The translations under genes were made by a program, and so were the position numbers. DNA of 63,978 bases, counting the filler, from Stramenopiles sp. TOSAG23-6 (taxonomy: Eukaryota), in NCBI GenBank assembly GCA_900128565.1. It is 4 parts of 4 records of this genome, joined end to end, with 100 filler letters (N's around TTAATTAATTAA, not from the genome) between each part and the next. Parts side by side here need not be neighbours in the genome. Positions count along the whole stretch, not along the records: positions 17,275 to 34,383 come from LT636083.1; 3 more parts are not named here. One strand, written 5' to 3'. Below, in pieces: positions 23,301 to 34,483 of this stretch. The notes under the pieces were generated by a model that ran no database searches, had not been told where the DNA came from, and saw only the letters and a program-made list of their open reading frames with translations. The first letter of the stretch is position 1. Each line of letters opens with the position of its first letter.

Positions 23301-26300
23301 GTATGATTCACAGACCAATTGAACAACTAGAGCATAGTACAGGAACTTGCTGGCAGACAATGCTCAAAGTTAAGGTTCTTGCTTTTAGATCAGATGTTGT
23401 TGACCGTATTCGTTCAGGTTTATCAAAATTTAGCTCTAGATCAAATTCACCCGAGCTTTCATCAGATTCATCAGAATTGACGTGTAGTAACTGTGGTGCG
23501 GTTATTGATAGTACGGTATTATTTGAATGTCCTCGATGTCTACAACCATTATTTGCTCAACCAAATCCGAATGAACGTATTGACTCTATGAGTAGCATTA
23601 CAAGTGATGAATCCACAGTCGGTGTTATTAATGGAGTCGAACAACTCACAATTATAACAACACCGAATCAAGTAGAACGTCGTAGGTCCAGACGAATTAG
23701 CCGTATTGTAGGCCCTGATGCATTTGCTGATTGGAACCAGCTACACCAAACATTTGAAGAAAAAATAAGTGGTTTGCTTCCCTCATTTATTGACGCAGAT
23801 TTCAAATGCTCTGAGCAATGGCAAGACGCAGGTTTAGCTTTCAAAGCGATGCAGCTCGCAGTAAAGGGAGAAAATACTCTACTACTTCATAGTAAAAGAG
23901 CTCAAATTCTATTGGGAAGAGTACAGAGGGGAATTAATAATGATTTCATGAAGTTGATTGCGAATATTCGCGGTCGCTTAAATTCCAATTCACATGGGGA
24001 AAAGTACGGGGAAGCTAATGTTGGAAATATATTAAACTCGATTGTAAAACAAACAAGAAATAGTATATGTGATTGTTTTGAAGATGGTCCCTATCATAAA
24101 TCGCTAATGTATGATAATGGTGAAGAAATGGTAATGACTAGTCTACATTTTCTTAGATCTTTTGTTGACAGTTATGGTGACGCAACAATAGTAAAAAAGG
24201 ATATGAATGACACCGAGATGAAACTAGCACACAACAGAAGTATCCTACAGGATCAATTGACAGAAATTGGTAGTATAAAACTTATCCTAGATTTATTATC
24301 CCCTGGAATATCTTCCGATTTACAGGCAGATGCGATATTATTAGGCATATCAATTCTTTCAAGCCGTATAGATGGAGCAGGAAATGAAGAGGCAAGGAAG
24401 TCTGCTGCAAAGTACTTATTGAACGGGGACACTGAAAGTTTCTTTTTAAACGTAAAAGTAAGAGTAAATTCATTTATTGAAAACTGTAAGATGGTCTACG
24501 AGAAAAAAGAACTATTGGAAACATCGAGAAGTCGTCGTGGTACATTACATGGGACTCCACGCGATGTAGCTGGTAGCCCACGTGATACAGTAGGTAGTAA
24601 TGATGATTCTAGTGGTCAACGAAATAATAAAGAAACAACTATCAAATTATATGGCGATTCAAAACAAAACGTAGATGATACGATTAGGAGGGACCATATT
24701 TTGGAGTCAGCGCTTGCAGATGACAAGATTGATCTTGAGACAGAAACACAACGATTAATTCTCTTTATTCGATTTTTGCAGTTGTTGTGTGAAGGGCACT
24801 ACAAGCCAAACCAGCGACTTTTCCTTAGCCAGCCTACAAATACAGAGTCATTTAACATACTTCACTCAATTGTTGAATTATTTGAGTTTCTTGCCCGGGA
24901 TGAAAACCGAAATACAATTTTGATTACGCAAACATCTGCCATGCTTGTTGAAGCTGTGCAAGGTCCATGTGAAGACAATCAAAAGTACCTTGCTTGTAGT
25001 ACACATTTGTGTGATTCGTGTAATCGGATATTTCATATGGTAATTCAACGGAGTCATAATGGATCACCTAGTGAGTGGTTACCTCTACAGCACTCAGTTG
25101 TTTCTTTATTGCTAGGACTAATGGAAGGGCGTACAGATAGATCCGTCCACAAGGTGATGCTGAACTCCATTGAATTCAATTCAGTTCTGATCCATTTGCA
25201 AGCTGTTCGTGATTTAATTACAGGTAAAGGATATTTCAAACTTCGAAAAAAAATAAGAAATATAGGATTGCGCGGGGAGTTATTAAAACATGCATGTGAT
25301 GTTGCTATATTAATATTGACACTTGGAGACACTAACAAAGTATGGTTTTCTAACACTGTGGGCGGTGATTCCCCCGCTATCGCATTTGAATGGATACGTT
25401 CAAAAATGAAATCGATTGAAATAATGTGGCTTGGAAAGGTACACAAAATATATTTTATGGAACCAGATACGTTCAAGCATGTTGTACAAGAATCAATGGA
25501 CGATCTTGTAAATACAGTAGATAGATTCAGCGCCGAAACAAAGTTGACAGACTTTCTTCAACAGAGTAAACATATATACGTAGAAATGGTACACCAGGCT
25601 TGGCTAGCAGAACATAGATTGCACATCTTGTTCTCAGGTGATAACTTGTATACTGCAAAGGACATATCATTTGCCCTTGCGCTGCTTATAAACATCATCT
25701 TGTTTCTGACTTATATGCATAGAAAGAAAGACGACCCTGAAGGACCTGGGGTAGTACTTTCTTTGGACCATCTTCATCTGTATTCATTTTTAACAGACAA
25801 GGGTTTGGACATGTTTGTATTTGGGTGTGGAGTTTTACAGGCAATATCATCAGGTTTTATTTTGTTAATGTTCCTTGTAGTAAAAGTTCCACCCGCGTAT
25901 AATCTATATAAAAATCCAGTCAAAGTTGTGATTAAAACTCCTGTATTTTACTACATGTTGTACACAACAATGGCAGTTCTAGGAGCTTGCGGATATTATT
26001 GGGCATTTTCGCTTCACTTACTAGATATTATTGTTCGCGATAAGACAACAAAGAATGTATTGAATGCTGTAATTCAACCCATCTATCCTCTGACAATGGC
26101 GTCTATTCTTGGTTTATTCTTTATGTTTATTTTCACCATGGTTTATTTTCTGACTTGGCAAGATGACTTTATCAATGGCGAATGCGACTACCTTTGGACT
26201 TGCCTTCTCATGGTGTTTCGAGGTGGATTACAAGGGAACTTACATGAATATATGAATGAACACGATCCTTCAAAAGAGTCTTGGACAACACGGGGATTTT

Positions 26301-26698
26301 TCTTTGATACAATTTACTTTATTGCCATTAATATCATTCTATTGAATATTATTTTTGGTATTATCATTGACACATTCGCAGCTTTGAGGGATGATCAGGC
26401 CGAGCTACGCGAGGATACAAATAATGTTTGTTTTATTTGTAATAAGCACAGAGATGAATTTGAACGGGAGGGTATTGAATTTGATGTACACGTTAAAGAA
26501 CAGCACAATATGTGGAATTATCTAAAATATGTCATTACCATCAACAATATGCCAGAAGATTGTTACAATGGACTTGAACAATATGTGCATGACTGCTTAG
26601 AATCAGATTGTATAGATTTTTTCCCTGTAAAAAAGAGCTTTGCTCTACAAATGGAAGATGATGAAAGTGAAGGCAATGAAGAAAGTTCTACAGAGTGA
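17340..26698 (+). CDS. ITPR: IP3 receptor/RyR-family Ca2+ release channel, 5' truncated, with an extra voltage-sensor-like module; intron at 18123-18209
   Basis: MIR (FRFRHLNT), RIH, RFLQLLCEGH, EAVQGPC, LNIIFGIIIDTFAALR and CFIC...H...HNMWNY motifs. Confidence 0.92.
18123..18209 (+). other. Family intron (GT-AT), 87 nt and in frame, so hidden inside the ORF
   Basis: cat|GTATGTTTT...AATTTCGAACCTAAC...AATATTTTTTCAAAATACAT|gt; reads through as an anomalous F-rich peptide. Confidence 0.8.
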
Positions 26699-26757
26699 AG
26701 CAATATATCATAGATATATCAGTGATTATAAAACATATAAATAGATATATTGTACTT

Positions 26758-28254
26758 TCATTTTATAAAAGTATTCGCGTCTTCAAGAGACATTTCAGCA
26801 AGAGAAAGTGACATTTCAGCTGCCTGTACTGCACGAGCCTCTCTCTCTTCTTTTGCCCTCTTTTTATTTTCTATTTCAAATGACACAAGCTCATCATCTT
26901 TATCTAATGTTTCAAGAGCAGTTCGAACCGACTGTTTCTTTAGTTTCCGTTTAGCTTTTTGTTTATTCTTCAACTGACGTGTTGCAGTGAGTGCAGCGTG
27001 CGACATCGAAAATCGCACATATTGTTTATATTTTTTCAGTTCCGTCTCCGCCATTACTTGTTTTGTAATAGCATCCGCAATTCTTTTCTCACTGTCATAG
27101 TAAATTTTCTGCAATGCAGCTAAATCTTCTGGGAGTTTTTTTGCTAACTGGAGCGACAAAGCTTGAGTATGTTTACGTAGAGCTAGATTTTCAGCTTCTA
27201 GTTTTAGCATACGTGTTATGTCATTTCGTGATTTTCCACCACGAAATCGCGCTTGTATTTTAGCAGCAGAAGGACTTAGGGCTTCATTTCGCATTTCTTT
27301 ATAATCTGATATAGATTTACTTGCCTGAAAAGCAACTGCACCATAAGCTTTCTCTGCTTCAATCGGAAGCTTCATTGCAGTAATCATATGTTTTCTATTT
27401 TGATAATCTACGGGAGAATGTTTCTTATAATTTGCTGACATATTTTTATCGATCAATGATGGAAACCGAAGAGTGTTTGATTCAGAAGCAGTCACATTTT
27501 GTTCAAGTGTTTTTTGTATTGTTTCAAAATTTTGATAGCTTGGTTGGCAGCCTCCTGGTGATTTTGCATCTTGAAGAAAATTAATGATTTGAAGATAACC
27601 ATTTTTACAAGCCCAAAAAGCTGCCTGATGCCCATCTAGCGATATATGATGCATATTTATAGTCCCCGGCACAACGAGATATTGTACAAGTGCTAAATGA
27701 TTACATTGGACCGCAGGAAAAAGAATTGTTTTCCCCATATTGTCAGTAATCTGTGTATTGACCCCAATTCGCTCAATGAGAAATTTGACAGTGCCTAACT
27801 GTCCTTTTTCACATGCACTGAAAATCGGCGACTGTCCAGCATTGTTGAGTATTTCAACATTTGCACCACTAATAATTAAACATTCTACAATATTCAAAGC
27901 CCCAGAAGAGCAAGCTGCGTGGAGAGCTGTCAGTCCACCCTTATTTGGTTGATCTATATCTGCGCCCACTTCAAGAAGATACTTTACAGCTGGTAGGCGA
28001 CAGTGTAAACATGCAGCGTATAATGCACTAAAACCTTTAGATGATAATTCATTAACGTCTACATCATGACCATTGACAAGTTCTTGAAGAGACCAAGTAT
28101 CACCATGAACTGCACACTCAACAAATGTATCAGTGGTATTATGTGTCGAAATAGAACCATAGTGTAGTACTTGAGGTGACTCATTGACATCAGATTCACC
28201 GTAGTCAAGTATATGAAGAGACTTATCATAGCTCACTGTTTGAGACGATGTCAT
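26758..28254 (-). CDS. Ankyrin-repeat protein with an IQ motif and coiled coil
   Basis: GFSALYAAC, GLTALHAAC and GQSPIFSAC repeats; IQARFRG. Confidence 0.85.
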   Translation of the reverse strand: MTSSQTVSYDKSLHILDYGESDVNESPQVLHYGSISTHNTTDTFVECAVHGDTWSLQELVNGHDVDVNELSSKGFSALYAACLHCRLPAVKYLLEVGADIDQPNKGGLTALHAACSSGALNIVECLIISGANVEILNNAGQSPIFSACEKGQLGTVKFLIERIGVNTQITDNMGKTILFPAVQCNHLALVQYLVVPGTINMHHISLDGHQAAFWACKNGYLQIINFLQDAKSPGGCQPSYQNFETIQKTLEQNVTASESNTLRFPSLIDKNMSANYKKHSPVDYQNRKHMITAMKLPIEAEKAYGAVAFQASKSISDYKEMRNEALSPSAAKIQARFRGGKSRNDITRMLKLEAENLALRKHTQALSLQLAKKLPEDLAALQKIYYDSEKRIADAITKQVMAETELKKYKQYVRFSMSHAALTATRQLKNKQKAKRKLKKQSVRTALETLDKDDELVSFEIENKKRAKEEREARAVQAAEMSLSLAEMSLEDANTFIK

Positions 28255-28664
28255 ATTTAAAAAGAATATATTAGACCATTTATTAAGTTGATAAAGCTTG
28301 CATAGAGTGATAATTATTACTAATTACGAGAAGAAAAAATTTAAATTGACCTGTGTCAAATTTGTAACCGACGGTTGCCGACCACGAAATCAAATCAAAT
28401 GTCTTTTTAGGGCTTTGCTTACTTAGGGTTGGGGTTTGCTGGTATTTCGAAGAGAAGAGTGAGAAGAGTGACTTTTCTCGACCTTTTTCTCTCACAAAAT
28501 TACTTTGTGTTTATAAAAATAGTCTTGACTTGTCCAAGAGAATAGTATTCAGGTTCCTTAGAACATTCTTGATATAAATATATTCCTGAAGGCTTTGAAG
28601 TGATCATTTTGGAATAGTGGATCATTGTGTTCTTGCGTTAGGTTGAATCCCAGGTATTTCGGTA

Positions 28665-29997
28665 ATGAGTGCGATTGATTTATCGCAGACACAGGAGAAC
28701 GAGCTCCTTTACGTTGGATTCAACCAGGACTATGGTTGTTTTGCATGTGGTACTAGTACAGGATTTCGAATATATAACTGCAATCCGTTTAAGGAGACAT
28801 TTCGACGTGATTTTACAAGTGGCGGAATTGGCATTGTAGAAATGCTTTTTCGATGTAATATACTTGCACTTGTGGGTGGTGGTAAAGTTCCCCGATATCC
28901 CAAGAATAAAGTGATGATATGGGATGACCACCAAAACCGTCCTATAGGCGAACTTAGTTTCCGAAGCGAAGTCAAAGCTGTAAAGCTTCGACGAGATCGT
29001 GTCGTAGTTGTCCTTGAAAATAAGATTTACGTTTATAACTTTGCAGACCTGAAGTTGGTCGACCACATTGAAACTATTAAAAACACTCGAGGCTTAGTAG
29101 CTCTCTGTCCCAACTCTACCAATATGGTACTTGCATGCCCAGGTCTTATCCGCGGGCATGTACGTGTTGAACTTTACGATACTCGAAGGAGTACATTTAT
29201 TCCAGCACATGAAACCGATCTTGCTGCTATGGCTTTGAATCTCGCTGGTACTAGACTAGCGACTGCTTCAGAAAAGGGGACATTGATTCGTATTTTTGAT
29301 ACTCAAAGTGGTCAATTGCAGCAAGAGCTACGGCGTGGGGCCGACAAGGCTGATATATACAGTTTAAGTTTTGATGCATACTGTAAACATCTTGCATGTT
29401 CGAGTGACAAAGGTACTGTTCATATTTTTAAGTTGAATTGTAGTTCCGCGAGTGATGCTGTTGTTGTCAATGGAAGTGAAGCTAATGAAGTAGTAGCCGA
29501 TGGAAATGGAGAACATGTAGGAGGCACAGGTACCGGTACAGCTGCGGGCGAGACTGGTNGCCATGTACGTTTTCAAAATTGAATTTCAATTTTTTTCAAT
29601 AGAAAATTTTGTACCTAACAAAAAAAATCCAAAATATTTAAAATATTTTCATACAATACATCGAAGGGATGATGTTTCAACAAATAACGGACTGTCTGGA
29701 GCACGAGGAAATTCTCTTCGCTACGAGAAAAAAACATCGTCCAATCCAGTATCTGGTCTTCGGTTTATGAGAGGGCTATTACCAAAATATTTTAGTAGCG
29801 AATGGAGTTTTGCACAATTTAGAGTGCCACACGCTCGCACAATCTGTGCATTTGGTTCTGATGAAGGTACACTAGTGGCAGTTTCTGCTGATGGTACCTT
29901 CCGCAAAACAAGATTTTTGCAAGGTGGAAATTGTGAAAAAGTCGCATACAGTAAGTTTGTTNAAGTTGCTAAGGATGACGACGAGTGGATTTCTTGA
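28665..29997 (+). CDS. ATG18: PROPPIN ATG18/WIPI3-like autophagy protein (exons 28665-29564 and 29662-29997)
   Basis: [38 protein letters not shown] and [14 protein letters not shown] motifs. Confidence 0.93.
29565..29661 (+). other. Family intron with GT-AT ends
   Basis: cat|GTACG...AATTTTGTACCTAAC...ATACAATACAT|cga; the nearest AG gives CAT GGA TGA (stop). Confidence 0.82.
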
Positions 29998-30158
29998 ATT
30001 TGATGTTGGTGAAAGTTACCTTGATTTGTTTTATTGTACAAGCAAGCACTGGAAATAGAATAGATTTTTTTCTAGGTTTATTTACTTTAATATACTATTG
30101 AGTTTGATTTAAGTGAATACTTTTTTATCTTTCCGATATTTTTATTTTTTTTATTCAA

Positions 30159-30725
30159 TTACTTTTTGTAATCTCGGAGTTTCTTTGTCAATATACGAGA
30201 CTCTTTCGCTGATAACTCACGTGTTCGACCTTCCTTCCGTAATTTGGATAAAACTCGTCTAGAGTCAAAATGCACTTTCTTTTGTGAATTTTTCANGAAC
30301 GCTTCAGCATCAAAATCAGATAACTCTTTTGTAAGCCAATGTTTCTTTTCTTCAAAATCCAATTTCTTTTCAGATGTATTATGTGGCCTAGGCAGTGACG
30401 TCAATTTGTCTATAACGTGTATTGGTTCTATAGGTTTTACTACATTTTTTCGAAGAGCTGCAAATTCATCAAAACCATTCAAACTTTCCGTAGCATCTGG
30501 TCGCAATGAAGCAAATTCATCGTTACGATCATATTTCCGTACAGTTTCTTTTGAGGAGTTGAGTTTCTCTTTGTTCAACTCTGCAACAGCTTGTCTAAAT
30601 TTAAACTGTGCAGCTTCATCTAACCCTCCACGCCCACTGAAAAATCTTTGAATCGCTGAATATACTACTGATTGATTATTCAAAGCTCTACATCTGAACC
30701 TCTTACATAGCAGAGAAGCATTCAT
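30159..30725 (-). CDS. Hypothetical protein, possibly mitochondrion-targeted
   Basis: ATG at 30725; Arg-rich, acid-free N-terminus ending in RFFS. Confidence 0.55.
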   Translation of the reverse strand: MNASLLCKRFRCRALNNQSVVYSAIQRFFSGRGGLDEAAQFKFRQAVAELNKEKLNSSKETVRKYDRNDEFASLRPDATESLNGFDEFAALRKNVVKPIEPIHVIDKLTSLPRPHNTSEKKLDFEEKKHWLTKELSDFDAEAFXKNSQKKVHFDSRRVLSKLRKEGRTRELSAKESRILTKKLRDYKK

Positions 30726-31028
30726 TTGAGTACTAGATTCATACAAACATTGCTTGTTGGTAATAACTTTAATGGGCCATAACAACTTTAGGTGCCCTTT
30801 CTCTACAGGTGTACAAAAAGTGCCTAATATAATATATGGTTATAGTAGTACCTACAACTATCAATGCAATCCGTCAAAATTTATTGTGGCACGTGTCAAA
30901 ATAAAATAGGAAATTTTTCATAAAGCGAAAGCGGTTACATTTGCATAGAGCTTTAGGAGGGGCTACTTCGTATATGCAAAGGATCTTACAAATCTGGATA
31001 AGAGATCTACACCAAAAACCAAATTTTC

Positions 31029-31835
31029 ATGAGTATGGACGAGGCTGTGATTGTATCACCCGCTCCAGATCATGAGTGTATGAATTTAGAAACTGTGGAG
31101 AATTTAGCGGCAGAGCAGGACCAGTTGAAAGATCGAAATGTAAAGTTTGTACAAGAACACCCAGAGTTGAAACAAATAATCACTGATTTCGTTTCAGCTT
31201 GTTTATTCCATAAACCAGATGACATTTATCGTTTTGCATTTCAGCATTTTAAAATGTTTGCACAGGGCGAATTTGCAGAATTGCTTCGACAAAAAGTTGT
31301 GTACACAGAAGACCACGAAATTGATGGTCATAATATGTCTGTCACTATTGAAGAGAGTTACGATCGAACTCGTTGGATGACTGTTCGTGCAGAAGACTTA
31401 GTCACTGGAGAATCTCGTCTCGCAGAATTCAGTGAAACTGAATTATGTGGAAAATTAGGAGTTTCTGCAAATGATGATCCAGAAAAAGTCGCGAATGTTA
31501 TGAGTACTAGGCTTAGAGTTCACAGTACTATTGGCTTAAAAATAGGTGAAGAAGGTGCCTCGCCATCTGTTGCTGCATGCTCAGCAGCACTTCAAATTCA
31601 AGCAGTACAGCGTGGAAAGAAAGGAAGAGAAATTGCCGCAACAAAGAAATTGAGAAGTAATTCTGCAAAGTCTTTACAGACTCGATATCGTGGAATGAGA
31701 GACCGCGCAATAGTAAAAGAAATACGACTAAAAAAGAAGAGTTCAACTTGTATTCAAGCACAATTTAGAGGACGCCGAAGTCGTATGAAACTCTTGAAAC
31801 AGCTAGAAGAAGACGCAGCTAATTTAGAAATATAA
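31029..31835 (+). CDS. RIIa (D/D) domain plus IQ-motif protein, RIIAD1-like
   Basis: HPELKQIITDFVSACLFHKPDDIYRFAFQHF and three IQ motifs. Confidence 0.75.
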   Translation: MSMDEAVIVSPAPDHECMNLETVENLAAEQDQLKDRNVKFVQEHPELKQIITDFVSACLFHKPDDIYRFAFQHFKMFAQGEFAELLRQKVVYTEDHEIDGHNMSVTIEESYDRTRWMTVRAEDLVTGESRLAEFSETELCGKLGVSANDDPEKVANVMSTRLRVHSTIGLKIGEEGASPSVAACSAALQIQAVQRGKKGREIAATKKLRSNSAKSLQTRYRGMRDRAIVKEIRLKKKSSTCIQAQFRGRRSRMKLLKQLEEDAANLEI

Positions 31836-32112
31836 ACATTCTACGAGATTGCACTATTTTTAACTACATTGAAAGTCTTTTCATGTAGAAAAATATTTCT
31901 TACATACTTTTGACGAAAGTTACGTTTGAGTTAGGGTTAAGGGATACTATCTATTGCAAGGAGAGAGTAAGAATAGATAGAAATCAGAAATTAAGAATAT
32001 ATAAAAATGAAGTCATTCAGGTCATATATTGTTTTATAAACTTGCCAATGTACATTCATCTTTTTTTTCCTGTTGTGTGTGTGTGTGTAAGTAGTACCTC
32101 TATTTTGTTCCT

Positions 32113-32649
32113 TTACCTATGTCCTTCATCAGAATCTGAAGAATATTCACTATCAGTCATTCCTCTTCGATTCGAATTCTTAAATACACCACACATGCTA
32201 TCGTTGCTATTGTCGCTATCATATCCACCGTATGGGAAAGTGTCATTTGATGAAGTTTCCTTTGCTTTTTCTTCCGTTGCACTGGACTTATCAGCAAAGG
32301 CCTCAGGCCAATGGGCAGTTTTGCGTAAGTTCTTTTCTTGTTCCGGCATAAGAACATGAGAAATCATCATATTTACTTTACCACTTTCACCCGTAATCGT
32401 TTTCAATTTACTATCAGAACATGTGCATATAAGAAACATGCCTCGTTTAATCCAAATAAGCTTGCGAAACTTTGTAGGCAAAATTGCAAGGGAAGTTTCT
32501 CCATCCGGTGCTAGAACCTCGAACAAGTTGCCACCACGAGAACAGACTGCTTTCACTATTACTTCACCTTCATTGGGCTCAATTATCGATAACTCTGCGT
32601 CCTGAGAGACTGCTTTTCTGTACTTTGTTCTGCGCCTAGCTCCTGACAT
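32113..32649 (-). CDS. EIF1AD: eIF1A-domain RNA-binding protein
   Basis: RGGNLFEV...LAILPTKFRKLIWIKRG...WPEAF, acidic tail with NSNRR. Confidence 0.88.
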   Translation of the reverse strand: MSGARRRTKYRKAVSQDAELSIIEPNEGEVIVKAVCSRGGNLFEVLAPDGETSLAILPTKFRKLIWIKRGMFLICTCSDSKLKTITGESGKVNMMISHVLMPEQEKNLRKTAHWPEAFADKSSATEEKAKETSSNDTFPYGGYDSDNSNDSMCGVFKNSNRRGMTDSEYSSDSDEGHR

Positions 32650-32889
32650 ATTGAAATACGACTTTTAAAGCAACTATCTCGTAAAATACTGGTACCAGAA
32701 GAAGAATCCATCACGGTTTTTTGATGACTGAATTCATTCCACAGGTACCGGGTACCCAGTGAGTTTAAACGAATTACCCCACGAAATCGGGTCGACAAAA
32801 TTTTAGAATCTCAAATCTCGAAATATCTGTAATTCTTTAGAAATATTTGCTCGTCTTTGGATTTATCATCCAGAGAGCACATTGACACA

Positions 32890-34294
32890 ATGGACATTAG
32901 TAGAGCGCTTGAGAGTTCTCTCCGAATGGTTGCACAGGAGGCGCGCCGCAAGCAGCCGATGATTAAAGAGGCTGCTGAACGTGGACTATTGAAACTGCGA
33001 GCTCTAAAAATGGTCACTGTTGATAAACACCTTTCCGACGATGATGCTCAAGATTTGTTACAGCCATTTGTTCTAGCGTGCAACCATACAAATTGCACTC
33101 CCAAATTAATAGTTGTATCACTTACTGCTATTCAGCGCCTCCTTATATCTCTTGATATGGCTTGTGATCAGTTGCGAAACTTATTGAGAGTGCTTGAAAT
33201 TCAGTCAAATTGTGATTCCCGGGATATTACACTCAAAATCTTGCAGACGTTACCGCTACTAATAAATCGCTTCTTTTTTGCCGATGATATAGGCCTATTA
33301 GCACAGGTATTGCGATTATGCCTAGCAATACATGGAAACAAAGATCCCGTGATTCATAACACAGCAGCTGCGACTTTGCACCAAGTAGTTACTCTTGTAT
33401 TCGAAATGGCAGAAAGACAGCATATTCCAAAGTATATTTCTACGGTTAATAGTATAGATAAAACGGAGGAAGAATGCGAAAATACCTATCTAACACATTC
33501 TACTCTTACACATGAAATGAGCATTGTACAGAATGACTTAACAAGTCGTATACGTCAGCTACCACCTGCAATAAAAGCCGCTTATTTGCTATATCAAGAG
33601 TTATGTATAAATGCGATGGGAACCATAGAACCTAGTAACGTTGAACGTGCTTGGACACCCTTAGATGTAACGAATTATTGCAACAATAAATCAAATTCAC
33701 ACAAGCTTCCACCAAAGCGTTGGCTAACAAATACGACCATACCACAACAGTTAGCATTTGAACTGCTGTATCAAATAACTGAATTTCACTTTAAACTTTT
33801 TCGCTGTACTATTGAATTTGCCTATTTACTGAAGATTCGTTTATTCCCTTTCGTTGTTCATTATATGCGTAAAAGAAAAAAAATGCTTTCACATGAACTA
33901 ATCGTACCTTTAATGCAAATTGTAATGACACTTTTAACAATTTTTATACCTTTACTTCCAATAGAGAATGAATATGTAATCTCTGTTCTAACGAAGATCC
34001 TAAGTGACCCGAAGAGTAGTAATGGAAGATGTCCATATGCATTAAAAGTTCTTTTATTTTTATTGGATAATAATAACGATATTTTTGGTAAAGATACTGC
34101 AACATTTGCGTTGACATTGGTTTCTGTATATAAAAATGATTCCAATAATAATACTCCAAAATCCAAAACACGAAATACTCCAAAATCCAAAACACGAAAT
34201 ATACCACGTACTTTCAGTAGTGAAAGTTGTGATAGTAATCATAGTTCTTCATACAGTGGACAAAATGTTTTTCTAATGTTAGTCAAAAGATTAT
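32890..34294 (+). CDS. MON2: MON2-like Arf-GEF family protein, N-terminal DCB region (continues past an intron and contig end)
   Basis: EARRKQPMIKEAAERGLLKLR, LKILQTL, IHNTAAATLHQ and AYLLYQELC. Confidence 0.82.
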
Positions 34295-34383
34295 GTATGT
34301 TTTATTTTTTTTTATTTCGAATTTATTTTTTTTCGTACGAAATTTTGTACCTAACGATTTTTTTTTGAAATATTTTTTCACAA
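34295..34383 (+). other. Family intron truncated by contig end
   Basis: tat|GTATGTTTT...TTTCGTACGAAATTTTGTACCTAACG...GAAATATTTTTTCACAA. Confidence 0.85.
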
Positions 34384-34483
34384 NNNNNNNNNNNNNNNNN
34401 NNNNNNNNNNNNNNNNNNNNNNNNNNNTTAATTAATTAANNNNNNNNNNNNNNNNNNNNNNNNNNNNNNNNNNNNNNNNNNNN
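34384..34483. other. Artificial contig linker
   Basis: N-TTAATTAATTAA-N spacer. Confidence 0.97.

Noticed and set aside
3406-29661. Reading the non-canonical introns as minor-spliceosome (U12) AT-AC introns by sliding both boundaries 2 nt
   Set aside because: The slide works for CAT-flanked copies, but gives AT-TT at 15039-15146 and CT-AT at 15606-15704. There is no ATATCCTT donor, and AG-ending siblings fix the register at GT.
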